A stretch of 64,000 bases of DNA from the NCBI GenBank assembly GCA_964524955.1, contig CAZGEP010000004.1:3627-67626 (forward strand), given 5' to 3'. This DNA comes from an uncultured Planctomycetota bacterium. GTDB lineage: Bacteria; Planctomycetota; CAZGEP01. Each line of letters opens with the position of its first letter. Position 1 is the stretch's first letter. A model generated the notes under the pieces. The model had not been told where the DNA came from, did no database searches, and saw only the letters and a list, made by a program, of their open reading frames with translations. This document shows, piece by piece, positions 9,057 through 19,020 of this stretch. The position numbers and the translations under genes are program-made.

Positions 9057-10697
9057 ATGCTCAACCAGCTCAGTGTACAAAACCTTGTAATTGTCCGCAG
9101 CGCGGATGTGGAACCGGGAAAAGGACTGACGGTTATCAGCGGTGAAACCGGAGCAGGAAAGACCCTGATCCTCGAAGCCATGAAACTGATCATGGGCGGC
9201 AGGGCATCGGCCAGGCTGATCGGACCGAATTGTCCGGATGCCGCGGTCACCGCCGTCTTTCAGCCGCTGGCCCATGTCAACGAATTCCTTGAAGAAACAC
9301 TGGGGATTTCCGCATCAGACACCCTCATCCTGCGCAGAAAATTATCTCCAGGCGGTAAAAGCCGAGCATGGATCAACGATGTCCCGGTCAGCCTGGCCGG
9401 TCTCAAAAGCGTGGCATGCCTGATGGTGGACCTGACCTCACAGAACGAACACCTGAAACTCTCCAGTCCCGAATATCAGCTGGATATGCTGGACCAGTAT
9501 GGTAAAGCAGTCTCGCTGCGGGATCAGTACCGCGGTATCCACGACCAATGCCTGTCGATCCGCACGAAACTGACCGAACTGGAACAGAGTGAGAACGGCA
9601 GTCTCAAGGAACTGGATTACATGACATTCCTGCTCGAAGAATTCAAGGGCGTGGACCTGGAAGAAGGGGCCTTTGACAAACTGACCCGTGAGCATACCCT
9701 GCTGTCCCAGGCCCTGGACTGGAAGGAAACCGCACGTGATGCAAGCGATGTGCTCAACGAAAAAGACGGCTCTGTCACGGAAATCCTCGGCGACCTTGAA
9801 CGCCGGCTGAACGAGGCGCCGGATGCGGAACTCGCTAACGCGGGCACCTGCTGCGCCCAGGCCCTTGAATCCATCCGCGAAGCCGCGTATATCTGTTCGG
9901 ACGCAGCGGAACGGATTGACTCTAATCCGGAACGCTTTGAAAGACTTGATGAGAAACTCTCCCGATGGCACCAGCTCATCCGAAAACACGGCGGAACCGA
10001 ACAGAGCGTTCTCAACGCCTATGCAGACATCTCCGACCGAATCGATAACCTCCGCAACCTGGGTCCCAAGCGCAAAAGAATGCTGTCCGAGCTCAAACAG
10101 GCAGAGAACGAACAGGACCGGTTGGGCAAGGAGCTGATGGAAGCCCGCAAAAAAGCCTTTAGAAAACTCTCCCGCCGCCTGAAGAAAGAACTCGCGGATC
10201 TCGGGCTTCCCAGGGTCTCGTTCAAGCTTGAATCCCGTAAACTCAAGCACGCCGGATCCGCCGGCACATTCCACCAGGAGCTTCAGATCAGCACCAACCC
10301 GGGAATCGCCCCCGGCCCCATCAAGGATGTTCCCTCCGGCGGGGAACTCTCCAGAATCATCCTGGCCATCCGTGTTGTGCTTGCTGAAAAAGAAACAACC
10401 CCGGTACTGATCTTTGACGAAGTGGACAGCGGCGTCGGCGGACGGCTGGGAAAAACCATCGGAGCCAAACTGCGCGAACTGGCAACCGACCGTACTGTAA
10501 TCGCGGTCACACATACCCCGCAGATTGCGGCCCTGGCGGACAAACAGTACATGGTAGAAAAAGTCCACGAACCCAACACAACCGGCGTTGTGGTGCGGCG
10601 GCTGGACAACCAGGACCGAATTGTTGAAATAACTGATATGCTCGGCGGAGGCAAGTCCGCTGAAAACCAGGCAAGGGAGCTGCTTGAAACCGTATGA
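9057..10697 (+). CDS. recN: DNA repair protein RecN
   Basis: Walker A 'GETGAGKT', SMC-like coiled coil and signature 'SGGELSRIILA'. Length 546 aa. Confidence 0.85.
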   Translation: MLNQLSVQNLVIVRSADVEPGKGLTVISGETGAGKTLILEAMKLIMGGRASARLIGPNCPDAAVTAVFQPLAHVNEFLEETLGISASDTLILRRKLSPGGKSRAWINDVPVSLAGLKSVACLMVDLTSQNEHLKLSSPEYQLDMLDQYGKAVSLRDQYRGIHDQCLSIRTKLTELEQSENGSLKELDYMTFLLEEFKGVDLEEGAFDKLTREHTLLSQALDWKETARDASDVLNEKDGSVTEILGDLERRLNEAPDAELANAGTCCAQALESIREAAYICSDAAERIDSNPERFERLDEKLSRWHQLIRKHGGTEQSVLNAYADISDRIDNLRNLGPKRKRMLSELKQAENEQDRLGKELMEARKKAFRKLSRRLKKELADLGLPRVSFKLESRKLKHAGSAGTFHQELQISTNPGIAPGPIKDVPSGGELSRIILAIRVVLAEKETTPVLIFDEVDSGVGGRLGKTIGAKLRELATDRTVIAVTHTPQIAALADKQYMVEKVHEPNTTGVVVRRLDNQDRIVEITDMLGGGKSAENQARELLETV

Positions 10698-12100
10698 CTG
10701 ATTCATCAAACACATCATCCAATGACTCGTCCCGGACCAAACCCAAGTTTGGAAGCCTGGCCATTAAAAAGGGCTTCATCAGCCGGGACCAAATCCAGGA
10801 ATGCTTGACTATTCAGCAGGAACTCAAACAGACCGGAGTCGATGAAAAACTCGGGAAAATTCTGATCAAACGCGGCTACATGAGCAAAGACCAGATTCTT
10901 GAGATCCTGCAGGAACAGCGCGGAATCGGACTGACCAACCTCAAGGGCTTTGAAGTCATTGACCAGCTGGGCAGTGGATCCATGGGCAGTGTATACAAAG
11001 CCAAACAGATCAGCATGAACCGATGGGTTGCCCTCAAAGTATTGTCCAAGGATCTCTCCGAAGACAGGGACTTTCTTAAGCGCTTTCTCCGGGAAGCCAA
11101 AGCCGTAGCTCGCCTGCACCATGAAAACATCGTCACTGGCCATGACATGAGGAACGAAGGAAATCTCTATTACTTTGTCATGGAATACGTTGAAGGCGAA
11201 ACCCTTAAGGACATTGTAGAAGAAAACGGTGCCTTGCCTGAAGAAAAAATCGCGGAGATTGGATATCGAATCAGTCGAGCCCTTGCACACGCGAATGAAA
11301 AAAACATGATTCACCGGGACATCAAGCCCGAAAACATCATGATAAACAACGAAAACACCCCCAAGCTCACAGACTTTGGTCTGGCCAAGATTATCGATTC
11401 CGACGCCCCGGCCCTGACCATGGCCGGAACCACCATGGGTACCCCCTATTACATGTCTCCGGAACAGGTCCGGGGGGATGAGTCTATTGACATCCGTACC
11501 GACATCTATTCTCTCGGCGCCACACTATACTATGCGCTGACCGGGACCGTGCCCTTTTACGGAAAGAATCCCATGGCGGTCATGGACATGCATCTTCGCA
11601 AACCCCTGGAACCGCCGCACCAGCGAAATACAGCTATCAGCACCCACATGAATCGGATCATCTGCAAGATGATGGAAAAAGAACCGGAAGCACGCTATGC
11701 AACACCGCATGAGCTGGCAAATGAGTTTGAACAGATGGCACCTGGTGAAACCCGTCAGACCACCCGGATTTCCCCTCCCATGCCTCCGGTTCAGTCGGAG
11801 TCGGGTCCTGCGAAAACCCACTGGGCATCCTATGTAATCATCACATTAATCGCATGCTGCGCACTGGTTTTCGGCTACCTTATAATCCATGACCAGAATC
11901 CCGCACCCAACAAGACTCAGGTAGAGATACAGAAACTTCAGACAGAACTCACTCAAATTCAGGACGAGCTCAACCAAATTGAGAAACACAACCTGACCTC
12001 AAAGGAGAATTCCCTGCTCATGAAAATTCAGGTTCGGATCACCAAAACAAAAGAAAAGCTTCAGCAGCTGGAGCAGCGCCGAAAACAGCAGCTCAAATAA
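10694..12100 (+). CDS. Ser/Thr protein kinase with an N-terminal T2SSE_N/MshEN-like domain and a C-terminal TM plus coiled coil
   Basis: Kinase motifs 'GSGSMGSVYKA', 'HRDIKPEN', 'DFGLAK', 'GTPYYMSPE'. N-terminal tandem 'LGxILxxxGxISxDQIxExL' motifs. ATGA overlap with the recN stop codon. Confidence 0.8.
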   Translation: MTDSSNTSSNDSSRTKPKFGSLAIKKGFISRDQIQECLTIQQELKQTGVDEKLGKILIKRGYMSKDQILEILQEQRGIGLTNLKGFEVIDQLGSGSMGSVYKAKQISMNRWVALKVLSKDLSEDRDFLKRFLREAKAVARLHHENIVTGHDMRNEGNLYYFVMEYVEGETLKDIVEENGALPEEKIAEIGYRISRALAHANEKNMIHRDIKPENIMINNENTPKLTDFGLAKIIDSDAPALTMAGTTMGTPYYMSPEQVRGDESIDIRTDIYSLGATLYYALTGTVPFYGKNPMAVMDMHLRKPLEPPHQRNTAISTHMNRIICKMMEKEPEARYATPHELANEFEQMAPGETRQTTRISPPMPPVQSESGPAKTHWASYVIITLIACCALVFGYLIIHDQNPAPNKTQVEIQKLQTELTQIQDELNQIEKHNLTSKENSLLMKIQVRITKTKEKLQQLEQRRKQQLK

Positions 12101-12164
12101 CAACCAAACAGGCAGTAATACGGCACGGGAAAGCCAGTAAAGAACAGGATTCGGAATCTTCACA

Positions 12165-13025
12165 ATGCCCCAGGAATTCGATACCCCAGAAAAAGATTTG
12201 AAGCGTCCCCGCTGCAGATGTTGCGATTCGTTTCTTACGGAATATCCTGTGAGCAAAATTCCATGTTCGTCGGTACAATCGGCTATGTATAAACGTGCTG
12301 CGGCATCAATGAACTATTCAAATAATCACGTTTGGGTTTGTGACGAATGCAGCATTTTCTACCCATGCGAATTCAAGCTGCGTAAATCAAAGAATAGATA
12401 CCGCTACGGCGTGCCAATGTCTGAAGTTTATTATTCTATCTTAGCATGCCCCAGATGCAACCGGCAGATCGTTTGCTCCCATATACCCCCAAAACCATAT
12501 CCTTCTTCCGCAATCTACATATGCGAACACTGTGTGCTGGATAATCCTGAAAAGACTGTATTCGGATTCACCAGGCCGGAACGATCCGAGTACATGTTTT
12601 TCACAACACTTACGTCACAGGAAACCCGCGAACGTCTTCTGGCAGGAGATACCGAAAAACCATCTCAAGCCGGTCGGCACAAACTCTTTTCCACAGGTTC
12701 GGGAACAAAGCGTTTCTCCTATCCAAGAATGATGCCCATTGATCCGCTGTATGTGACGGAAAAACTTCGGAGTCCGATCAAACAGCCCTATTTGAAGATG
12801 CTTTCATTTGCGTTTAAAATCGACCTTCAGAAAGAAGAAGAAAACCGACAGCAGCAGATTGCCGATCACATCCGCCAACACAATCTCAAGGCATGGGATT
12901 GCCCCTTTGCCGGATTCTTCAATGAAATCAAACTCGAACCCGACCACGTGCTGCTGAGCATTACCCCGTCCGGCAAAAAAGGATATCATTATATCTTCTG
13001 CGGACTCATTTGTTCAAAAACCTGA
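12165..13025 (+). CDS. Cysteine-rich hypothetical protein (multiple CxxC zinc-ribbon-like motifs)
   Basis: ORF of 286 aa with at least 6 CxxC pairs. No recognisable catalytic motif. Confidence 0.4.
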   Translation: MPQEFDTPEKDLKRPRCRCCDSFLTEYPVSKIPCSSVQSAMYKRAAASMNYSNNHVWVCDECSIFYPCEFKLRKSKNRYRYGVPMSEVYYSILACPRCNRQIVCSHIPPKPYPSSAIYICEHCVLDNPEKTVFGFTRPERSEYMFFTTLTSQETRERLLAGDTEKPSQAGRHKLFSTGSGTKRFSYPRMMPIDPLYVTEKLRSPIKQPYLKMLSFAFKIDLQKEEENRQQQIADHIRQHNLKAWDCPFAGFFNEIKLEPDHVLLSITPSGKKGYHYIFCGLICSKT

Positions 13026-13282
13026 ACAAGGCCGTCAGATTTTTCACCATATTCAATGCAGTCGCAGACCGTGCCATTGAATCCGGGAACAACGGCAAAG
13101 GCGGTTGAAGCATCTTCCCCCTCACGGATACATTCCGCGGCCTTTGACAGAGAACTCTTCATGTTCGTGCCAACAGGCAGCATCAGACTTTTTTCAATAC
13201 ACTCTTCCAGGGGCATGCCCCTGGCCAGAAGCCGGGCGTAAAGTCGGGTGATCAGCGCAAGTTTTCTGTTTCTGAAAAACAT
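12989..13282 (-). CDS. Stand-alone T2SS-F (GspF/PilC) cytoplasmic-domain-like small protein
   Basis: 97 aa. 'ARLLARGMPLEECIEK...REGEDASTAF...GEKSDGL' matches the T2SSF domain pattern. Starts 1 nt after the GspE-like gene. Confidence 0.45.
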   Translation of the reverse strand: MFFRNRKLALITRLYARLLARGMPLEECIEKSLMLPVGTNMKSSLSKAAECIREGEDASTAFAVVPGFNGTVCDCIEYGEKSDGLVQVFEQMSPQKI

Positions 13283-13283
13283 A

Positions 13284-14396
13284 TCAGATCTGCCTGTCGG
13301 GAAAAATTCTGAATACTTCCTTTTTATCCGTTACAGCTTTATCAATAAGACCGGCTGCATTTAAAGCAATGTCCATAAACCCGGAATTCTGCAAGCATTC
13401 CATGATGTCATGTTCCCCGCCGCCCTGTATGATTATATCTCTCAATCGCGGAGTAATACGAATAATCTCACCAACTGCGATCCTGCCCGAATACCCGGTC
13501 ATGCGGCACTGAGAACATCCCTTTCCCCTGCACTCCGGGCACAACCGTCGAACCAGTCGCTGGGAGAGGACGCCTTTGACCGAAGAGCCGATGTGAAAAG
13601 GCTGAACTCCCATCTGAGAGAGCCTGGGAAAGACAGCCGCTGAATTCGGAGCATGAAGTGTAGTAATGACCAGTTGACCGGTAAGGCCTGCCTGCACCGC
13701 AATCCGGGCGGTTTCCGGATCCCGGATCTCTCCGACTACAATAACCTGGGGATCCTGTCGCAGCATTCCTTTCAAGGCTTCCGCAAACCCTAATCCGCGA
13801 TGGGGATTGACTTCGGTCTGTGTTACACCTTCCAGTTCCATTTCCACCGGATCTTCAATAGTCATCACACATGTCCCCCTGCCTCTGACTGCGAGAATTT
13901 CTTTGAGCAGCGCATAAATCGTGCTCGTTTTTCCGCTGCCGGTCGGTCCACATAAAATGAGCATTCCGTCGTTCAGCAAAGACCATTGTTTAATCGTGTC
14001 ATATTGATCCTGTAAAAATCCAAGTTCTTCCAGTCCCAGAAACTGGTCGTGCTCTCGAAATACACGAACAACACAACGCTCCCCGCGTATAGTCGGGAAA
14101 GTGGCCACCCGGAACTCCACTGCGCATGCCTTGATTCCATGAGCCGGGATTCGCCCCTCCTGAGGAATGTCGGTCCGGTAGGTCAGCAATTTGGAGAGCA
14201 CCTTTAGCCGGGCCACAACCCCTTCTCGCGCAACCGCAGGCAATTGCTCTGAATCCTGAAGAACGCCGTCAATTCGAAACCGAACATTCAAGCCGACCGA
14301 GGTGGGTTCCAGGTGAACATCCGTTGCATTGGAGTTCACCGCGCCTTTTAAAATGCTTTCCACTTTTTCAACAATAGGGTATTTTTTATCATCCAC
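13284..14396 (-). CDS. GspE/PilB-family secretion ATPase, N-terminally minimal (N2 plus CTD only) with a tetracysteine motif
   Basis: Walker A 'GPTGSGKTST', Asp/His boxes and 'CPEC...CSQC' zinc motif. 370 aa. Confidence 0.8.
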   Translation of the reverse strand: MDDKKYPIVEKVESILKGAVNSNATDVHLEPTSVGLNVRFRIDGVLQDSEQLPAVAREGVVARLKVLSKLLTYRTDIPQEGRIPAHGIKACAVEFRVATFPTIRGERCVVRVFREHDQFLGLEELGFLQDQYDTIKQWSLLNDGMLILCGPTGSGKTSTIYALLKEILAVRGRGTCVMTIEDPVEMELEGVTQTEVNPHRGLGFAEALKGMLRQDPQVIVVGEIRDPETARIAVQAGLTGQLVITTLHAPNSAAVFPRLSQMGVQPFHIGSSVKGVLSQRLVRRLCPECRGKGCSQCRMTGYSGRIAVGEIIRITPRLRDIIIQGGGEHDIMECLQNSGFMDIALNAAGLIDKAVTDKKEVFRIFPDRQI

Positions 14397-14583
14397 GTCT
14401 ATTGCATAAATTTATACCAGAATTCCTTTGAATTGCGAGAAAAACTTCAAACCATCATGGACTTACTGAAGCACATATAACAATTGTAAAGAAAGACTCG
14501 GGTATAGCAATTATAACATGGCGTTTATTTTATAAACCTGTCCCCATCAGCTCGTGACAAGCATAATCAGCATACAGATTGGT

Positions 14584-14624
14584 TTAAAAAGAAAAATGGC
14601 TCCCGGTTTATACCCGGGAACCAT
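14584..14624 (-). terminator. Rho-independent terminator for the 14676..18983 gene
   Basis: 11-bp stem 'atggctcccgg/ccgggaaccat' with a 7-nt loop, followed on the minus strand by a U-run (plus-strand 'aaaaagaaaaa'). Confidence 0.55.
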
Positions 14625-14675
14625 GAATGAAAACAAAAATCATACTGTTATCACATTCAGCGATGTGATGACATA

Positions 14676-17600
14676 TCACTTCTTCTTGCCGCCTACGAAC
14701 AGCAGCCTTCCGAACAGATGGCTTGAGATCCGACAGCCTGGAACCCCTTCCCAGTGACTGGCATTGACTGAACTGCCTACATCTGCCCAGCTGCCGTAGT
14801 AATCCGGCCAGCCGTGATAGGGTTCAGTGGTCATGCGCACGACATTCATCGCCCACACATCACCGGATTTGGGTACAGTCGTGTTTAATAATGAATATGG
14901 TACGACTAGTTCAACGGCGTATCCATCGCTGATTTTGCGGCCTTTCATTTCCCAGTCCACTTTCCAGCCAGGCCATCCGTATTTGGTCAGATCTTCGCCG
15001 GCAGTCGAATATTTACGCCCCAGATAGTTCATGACCATTCGGTATGTCACTTCACCGGCCCCCTGCGTTGGATCAAAGAAAACCTGAAGGTTATCATCAC
15101 ACCAGATGGCGTCTTCAAATCCATCCTGCACCGGTGCATTGACCCTGAGTATGCGTGGATCCAACCCTTTTATTTCCGCGGCAATGTAGACGTTTTTGTC
15201 ATCATGGCAGACACGGAAATGAATGGGAAATTTCTCAGGTGCCACCTTTCCCACAGAGCGGAAACTGTGCGTCTCTTTCTGGGCGTTCTTCCAGCAGGGT
15301 TCATCAAAGACACCGTCCAGAACCGGTGCCTTGGCTGTGTATTCTGAACGGCAGACCGGCAAATACCGTTTGTGATTCAGGGTAAAACCGTTGTCGGTCT
15401 TTACTTCAACGGTAACCACAGGTGACTCTTTAAACTTGAGCGGACCGACCAGCCGGATCGTGTTCTGTCCGTTGGCTGACAGCAGGGCCTGTTCCAGATC
15501 AATCTCTGCCGGCTCCAGCGTCCACTCTTTGTTGGCGCTCAGACGTATTTTCCCCGAAGGTATCCGGGCAGCTGATGTCTGAACTCGAAGCGGCATGGTG
15601 CAGACACACTTGTCGTCTTCAATGAGAACCCGCTGGATATCCGGATGGTAGTAATTAAATTCGATCGTAACGGGTGCCGATTCTTTCAGTCTGGAGGCAA
15701 GTTTTTTTCCTTCGATCTTACTTGCTTTTTTCAGACTCTTTCCGTCATCGGTTTTAACGTTCATGGTAACTTCCAGGTTGGTCTTTTCCAGATCACTTGC
15801 CTTGCAGCTGACTGTAATCATGAATTCTCCAGCCTGTTCTGCTGTAATCGCTGCCAGATCAAAGGTATTCTGTTGAAGTTTCCACGGGCTGTTCACCTGA
15901 ACACGGATCTTGCCTGCGCTGTCCTTCACACCTTCGCGCCAGACAGCTGCCGGGACCGATACACGGCATTGTCCGTTTGCCCGGTTCACATCCGAGGCTC
16001 CCTGAAGCTGAGCAAAAAGACGCCCCTTCTTCACCGGAAAGCTGATGGGAAGTTTTCCTGCCAGCAGCGGATCCGTTGTTTTGGTAAATTCCGTTTTACC
16101 GATTACGCCGGTGGCTGTGTCTCGCAACTGAATGGTCCAGGTGCCTTTCTTACCGTTTTCCGGTATACGCAGTTTTCCCTGAGTTTTACCAGCATTCGCA
16201 ACTATATTTCTGCTCAGGAAATCACAGATCCTGCCATCCGGGTCAGTCACACTCATATGCAGCACATGACGGCCCGGCGCACCTCCGGCAGCAGCAATGC
16301 TTGCATCGTATTCGAGAAGCCCAGGATCTCCGTCTGCGGATTTGACCGATACCTGAAGATTATTGACTTTGTACGGAAGCTGCGCCAGCCAGGCAAATCC
16401 CATTGGATCGAGTTTAACAGAGACTGTTTTCTTTTCTCCAAGATACGAACCGGTACGGGAGTCATATACATGCGCTTTTTCCGGAAAAGTTACGGTTACC
16501 GGTATCAGATCCCCCTGTTTAATATTGTAGATATTCAACCGTCCGTTCGCAGTAATCGGTCCGGTCCATTTGGGCGGTGAGATTCCGGTAACGTCCTTGT
16601 AGTTATTGTGATATCGGGAGCTCTGATGCGGATACTCAAGCGGCCTTGCCTGAACATTAAAGGCCGCGTAAGCTGTCTTACCGTCTTTGAAGAGATACTG
16701 TTCAATCTGCGGAGCCGATGCGTCTTTTGCATCAACGGTTACCTGATAATACGGCTCCAGTCCGGCGGACTTCACAAGGTTCCGGGCCAGCACGCTCAAT
16801 GCTGCTCGGGCTCCGCCCAGTTCACGACCCCGGATATAGTCTGCCCAGTAGACATTCGCGCAGATTACCTGTCCTTTTCCGAATTTTCTTACAGAGAGTA
16901 CCGGGGCTTCACCGGCCTGCGCAAAGACCTCTGCTTTGCCTGCACGCAGATCCGGACAATGGACAAGCAAAGCTTCCACTTTTACGCCGTCCAGCAGTTT
17001 TGTTTTCGCACCGTCTTTCTTGCGGGTCAGTCCCTGGTAAAACGGGAAATAACCGCCGTCCATATCGCACAGGCGGAAGTTTTTCCGGTCAATTCCGGCA
17101 ATCCGTTCCAGCAGGCCGTATTGCCTGCGTTTGCACTGTGGATCCATGGAGCCCAGCGCGCCGTCTGTAATCAGGGTTCCACCGGCCTTGACCCAGTGGG
17201 TGAGCGCGTCCGCTTCTTCGTCACTCAAGGCCTCAATGCGGGACGTAAAAATCACTTTAAGATCGCTGTCCTTGAGACCCTGCTTGCGCACCTGGTCCCC
17301 GGAAACAGCGCGAGTCTGATACCCGCTGTCTTCCAGGGCAAGGCTGATGCCGGTATATGCCCGGACCATGGAATCCCGCGGCTGATGATGGAAGGTCAGC
17401 CGCCTCGGCCAGGCCGTTCCGTCCATCAGGGAGTCTGTCAGCCAGGCCATGCGCTGGCTGGCCTGGTTGTGATAGATCGCGATCGGATGCGGGGCATCTT
17501 CCGCAATCATTCGAAGCTTGCCCAGACCACGAGTCAGATCTTTAAGCGTATTTCGCAGATAGGTCATTCCCGTACCGCGAATTTTTCTTCGATCCCACAT

Positions 17601-18983
17601 ATTTCTGGCTTCTCTGAGGATAACTCCATGCCCGCCCTTTAAAAAAATGGTATTGATCACGTATCGCTGGATGGAAGGACCTCCAACAGAAACGGTCTTG
17701 GTCAAGCGTTGTTCCGGACCGCCCAGTGATGCAAACAGGTCCCAGGACATACCCAGGCCGCAGGGCTCAAACCAGTCCAGAGCACTGACCAGCTTAGCAT
17801 AATCGTATCCACCGAATGCGGACGGGTACATGGTACCCAGGATGCCGGTACGAACGGTTGGCGCGGATACGTCCGCAGCCTGCGCGCACTGCTTAAGCAG
17901 TGCGGCAAATGAATCATCCATGAATTCCCGGTGATCGGACCACGCGGAATAATTCTGGGTTTCCCATTCCGGAAACTCGTCGTGCATCAGACGGCGTTCG
18001 GGAATCATGATGCCGGCAACAATCCGCGAGATACATTCTTTATACTTTGGATTGTTCCGTGCCCGGGTCTGATTGGTCGTTTCCGGAACAACATCTTCCC
18101 ATTTCTTGAATTCCGTATCCCACTGCTTGTTCAATGCACTCAGTTTTTTATACTTCTTTTTGCACCACTCACGAAAGGCAGTCAGGGCGGTACCGGAGAT
18201 GTCAAAGTCAAAGGGGTCAGCATAGAGTGTTGTGGACGGCATTTCATGCAGACTGAACGCTGCCTGTCCACCCTTTGCACATGCGGCCGCTCTTGACTTG
18301 GCATAGCCCACGCATTTTTTGATAAAGGCCGGATCGTTGAAGCTGGGTTTCCGTTTAAGCTTAACCCGCGAGCCGGTATAATTCCCTTTTCGGTGTGCAC
18401 TCATAAATCCCCCCCATTGATTGTCGGCAAAATTCGGCCCAAACGCAAGCCCGGCTGACCCGTGAAGGTAGGATTCGTTCTTAAAGAAACAGGACCGGTA
18501 GTGCAGGCCTTCTGCACCGCCAGCCCGGTGCCCCCTGTACAGCCAGACCTGAAAATCACTCCAGGGGTCATCTTCTGTCTTCACGCCAAAACTGCTGCGC
18601 GCAAGGAGCTTTCCGGATTTGTCGACCAGTAGGATACGATTCACCGATCCGCTGGTTTCCCCGAGGGTGAAGGTTACAGGTTTGGCAGCAGCGGGCGGGG
18701 TTTTTTTCTTGGGATCCGCTGGTTTTTCCTGTGGCGCGGTTTTGAAGACAAAGGATTTGAGTATTCGGTTGCAGTTGTCGGTCACCAGAATCCGGTTGAC
18801 TCCTTTTCGGATATGCGGAACCACAGTAATTTCTTCATCAAGGCTGAACGGAGCGGAACCGGATTTACTGCCCTTGATGCTTTGTATCGCCGGAGGCGGC
18901 CCTTTTCTCCTGCGAGCCTGGACATCAATTACGGAGGCAAAAACCAGCATACCTGCAATCAAAACCGTTAGCATTTTATTCAT
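14676..18983 (-). CDS. Very large secreted protein with a GH42-like (beta-galactosidase trimerisation-like) region and a C-terminal CBM9/DOMON-like domain
   Basis: Signal peptide. 'HWVKAGGTLITDG' GH42-like motif. C-terminal 'LDGVFDEPCW...' CBM9-like domain. Start set at the MNKML codon, which follows a 'ggagagag' RBS. Confidence 0.5.
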   Translation of the reverse strand: MNKMLTVLIAGMLVFASVIDVQARRRKGPPPAIQSIKGSKSGSAPFSLDEEITVVPHIRKGVNRILVTDNCNRILKSFVFKTAPQEKPADPKKKTPPAAAKPVTFTLGETSGSVNRILLVDKSGKLLARSSFGVKTEDDPWSDFQVWLYRGHRAGGAEGLHYRSCFFKNESYLHGSAGLAFGPNFADNQWGGFMSAHRKGNYTGSRVKLKRKPSFNDPAFIKKCVGYAKSRAAACAKGGQAAFSLHEMPSTTLYADPFDFDISGTALTAFREWCKKKYKKLSALNKQWDTEFKKWEDVVPETTNQTRARNNPKYKECISRIVAGIMIPERRLMHDEFPEWETQNYSAWSDHREFMDDSFAALLKQCAQAADVSAPTVRTGILGTMYPSAFGGYDYAKLVSALDWFEPCGLGMSWDLFASLGGPEQRLTKTVSVGGPSIQRYVINTIFLKGGHGVILREARNMWDRRKIRGTGMTYLRNTLKDLTRGLGKLRMIAEDAPHPIAIYHNQASQRMAWLTDSLMDGTAWPRRLTFHHQPRDSMVRAYTGISLALEDSGYQTRAVSGDQVRKQGLKDSDLKVIFTSRIEALSDEEADALTHWVKAGGTLITDGALGSMDPQCKRRQYGLLERIAGIDRKNFRLCDMDGGYFPFYQGLTRKKDGAKTKLLDGVKVEALLVHCPDLRAGKAEVFAQAGEAPVLSVRKFGKGQVICANVYWADYIRGRELGGARAALSVLARNLVKSAGLEPYYQVTVDAKDASAPQIEQYLFKDGKTAYAAFNVQARPLEYPHQSSRYHNNYKDVTGISPPKWTGPITANGRLNIYNIKQGDLIPVTVTFPEKAHVYDSRTGSYLGEKKTVSVKLDPMGFAWLAQLPYKVNNLQVSVKSADGDPGLLEYDASIAAAGGAPGRHVLHMSVTDPDGRICDFLSRNIVANAGKTQGKLRIPENGKKGTWTIQLRDTATGVIGKTEFTKTTDPLLAGKLPISFPVKKGRLFAQLQGASDVNRANGQCRVSVPAAVWREGVKDSAGKIRVQVNSPWKLQQNTFDLAAITAEQAGEFMITVSCKASDLEKTNLEVTMNVKTDDGKSLKKASKIEGKKLASRLKESAPVTIEFNYYHPDIQRVLIEDDKCVCTMPLRVQTSAARIPSGKIRLSANKEWTLEPAEIDLEQALLSANGQNTIRLVGPLKFKESPVVTVEVKTDNGFTLNHKRYLPVCRSEYTAKAPVLDGVFDEPCWKNAQKETHSFRSVGKVAPEKFPIHFRVCHDDKNVYIAAEIKGLDPRILRVNAPVQDGFEDAIWCDDNLQVFFDPTQGAGEVTYRMVMNYLGRKYSTAGEDLTKYGWPGWKVDWEMKGRKISDGYAVELVVPYSLLNTTVPKSGDVWAMNVVRMTTEPYHGWPDYYGSWADVGSSVNASHWEGVPGCRISSHLFGRLLFVGGKKK

Positions 18984-19020
18984 ATTCACTCTCTCCATTT
19001 TCTACCTCTTCTTGTTATTG

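Noticed and set aside
8921-9250. ORF-track 110-aa N-terminal extension of the ThyA-like gene
   Set aside because: The extension runs through the recN promoter and start region. A strong RBS (aaaggag) precedes the internal ATG at 8920.
9438-10718. 426-aa antisense ORF inside recN (and other long antisense ORFs within sulfatases, helicase and GH genes)
   Set aside because: They lie opposite well-supported genes with clear family motifs, show low-complexity composition and lack motifs or RBS. Such ORFs are typical of GC-skewed coding DNA.
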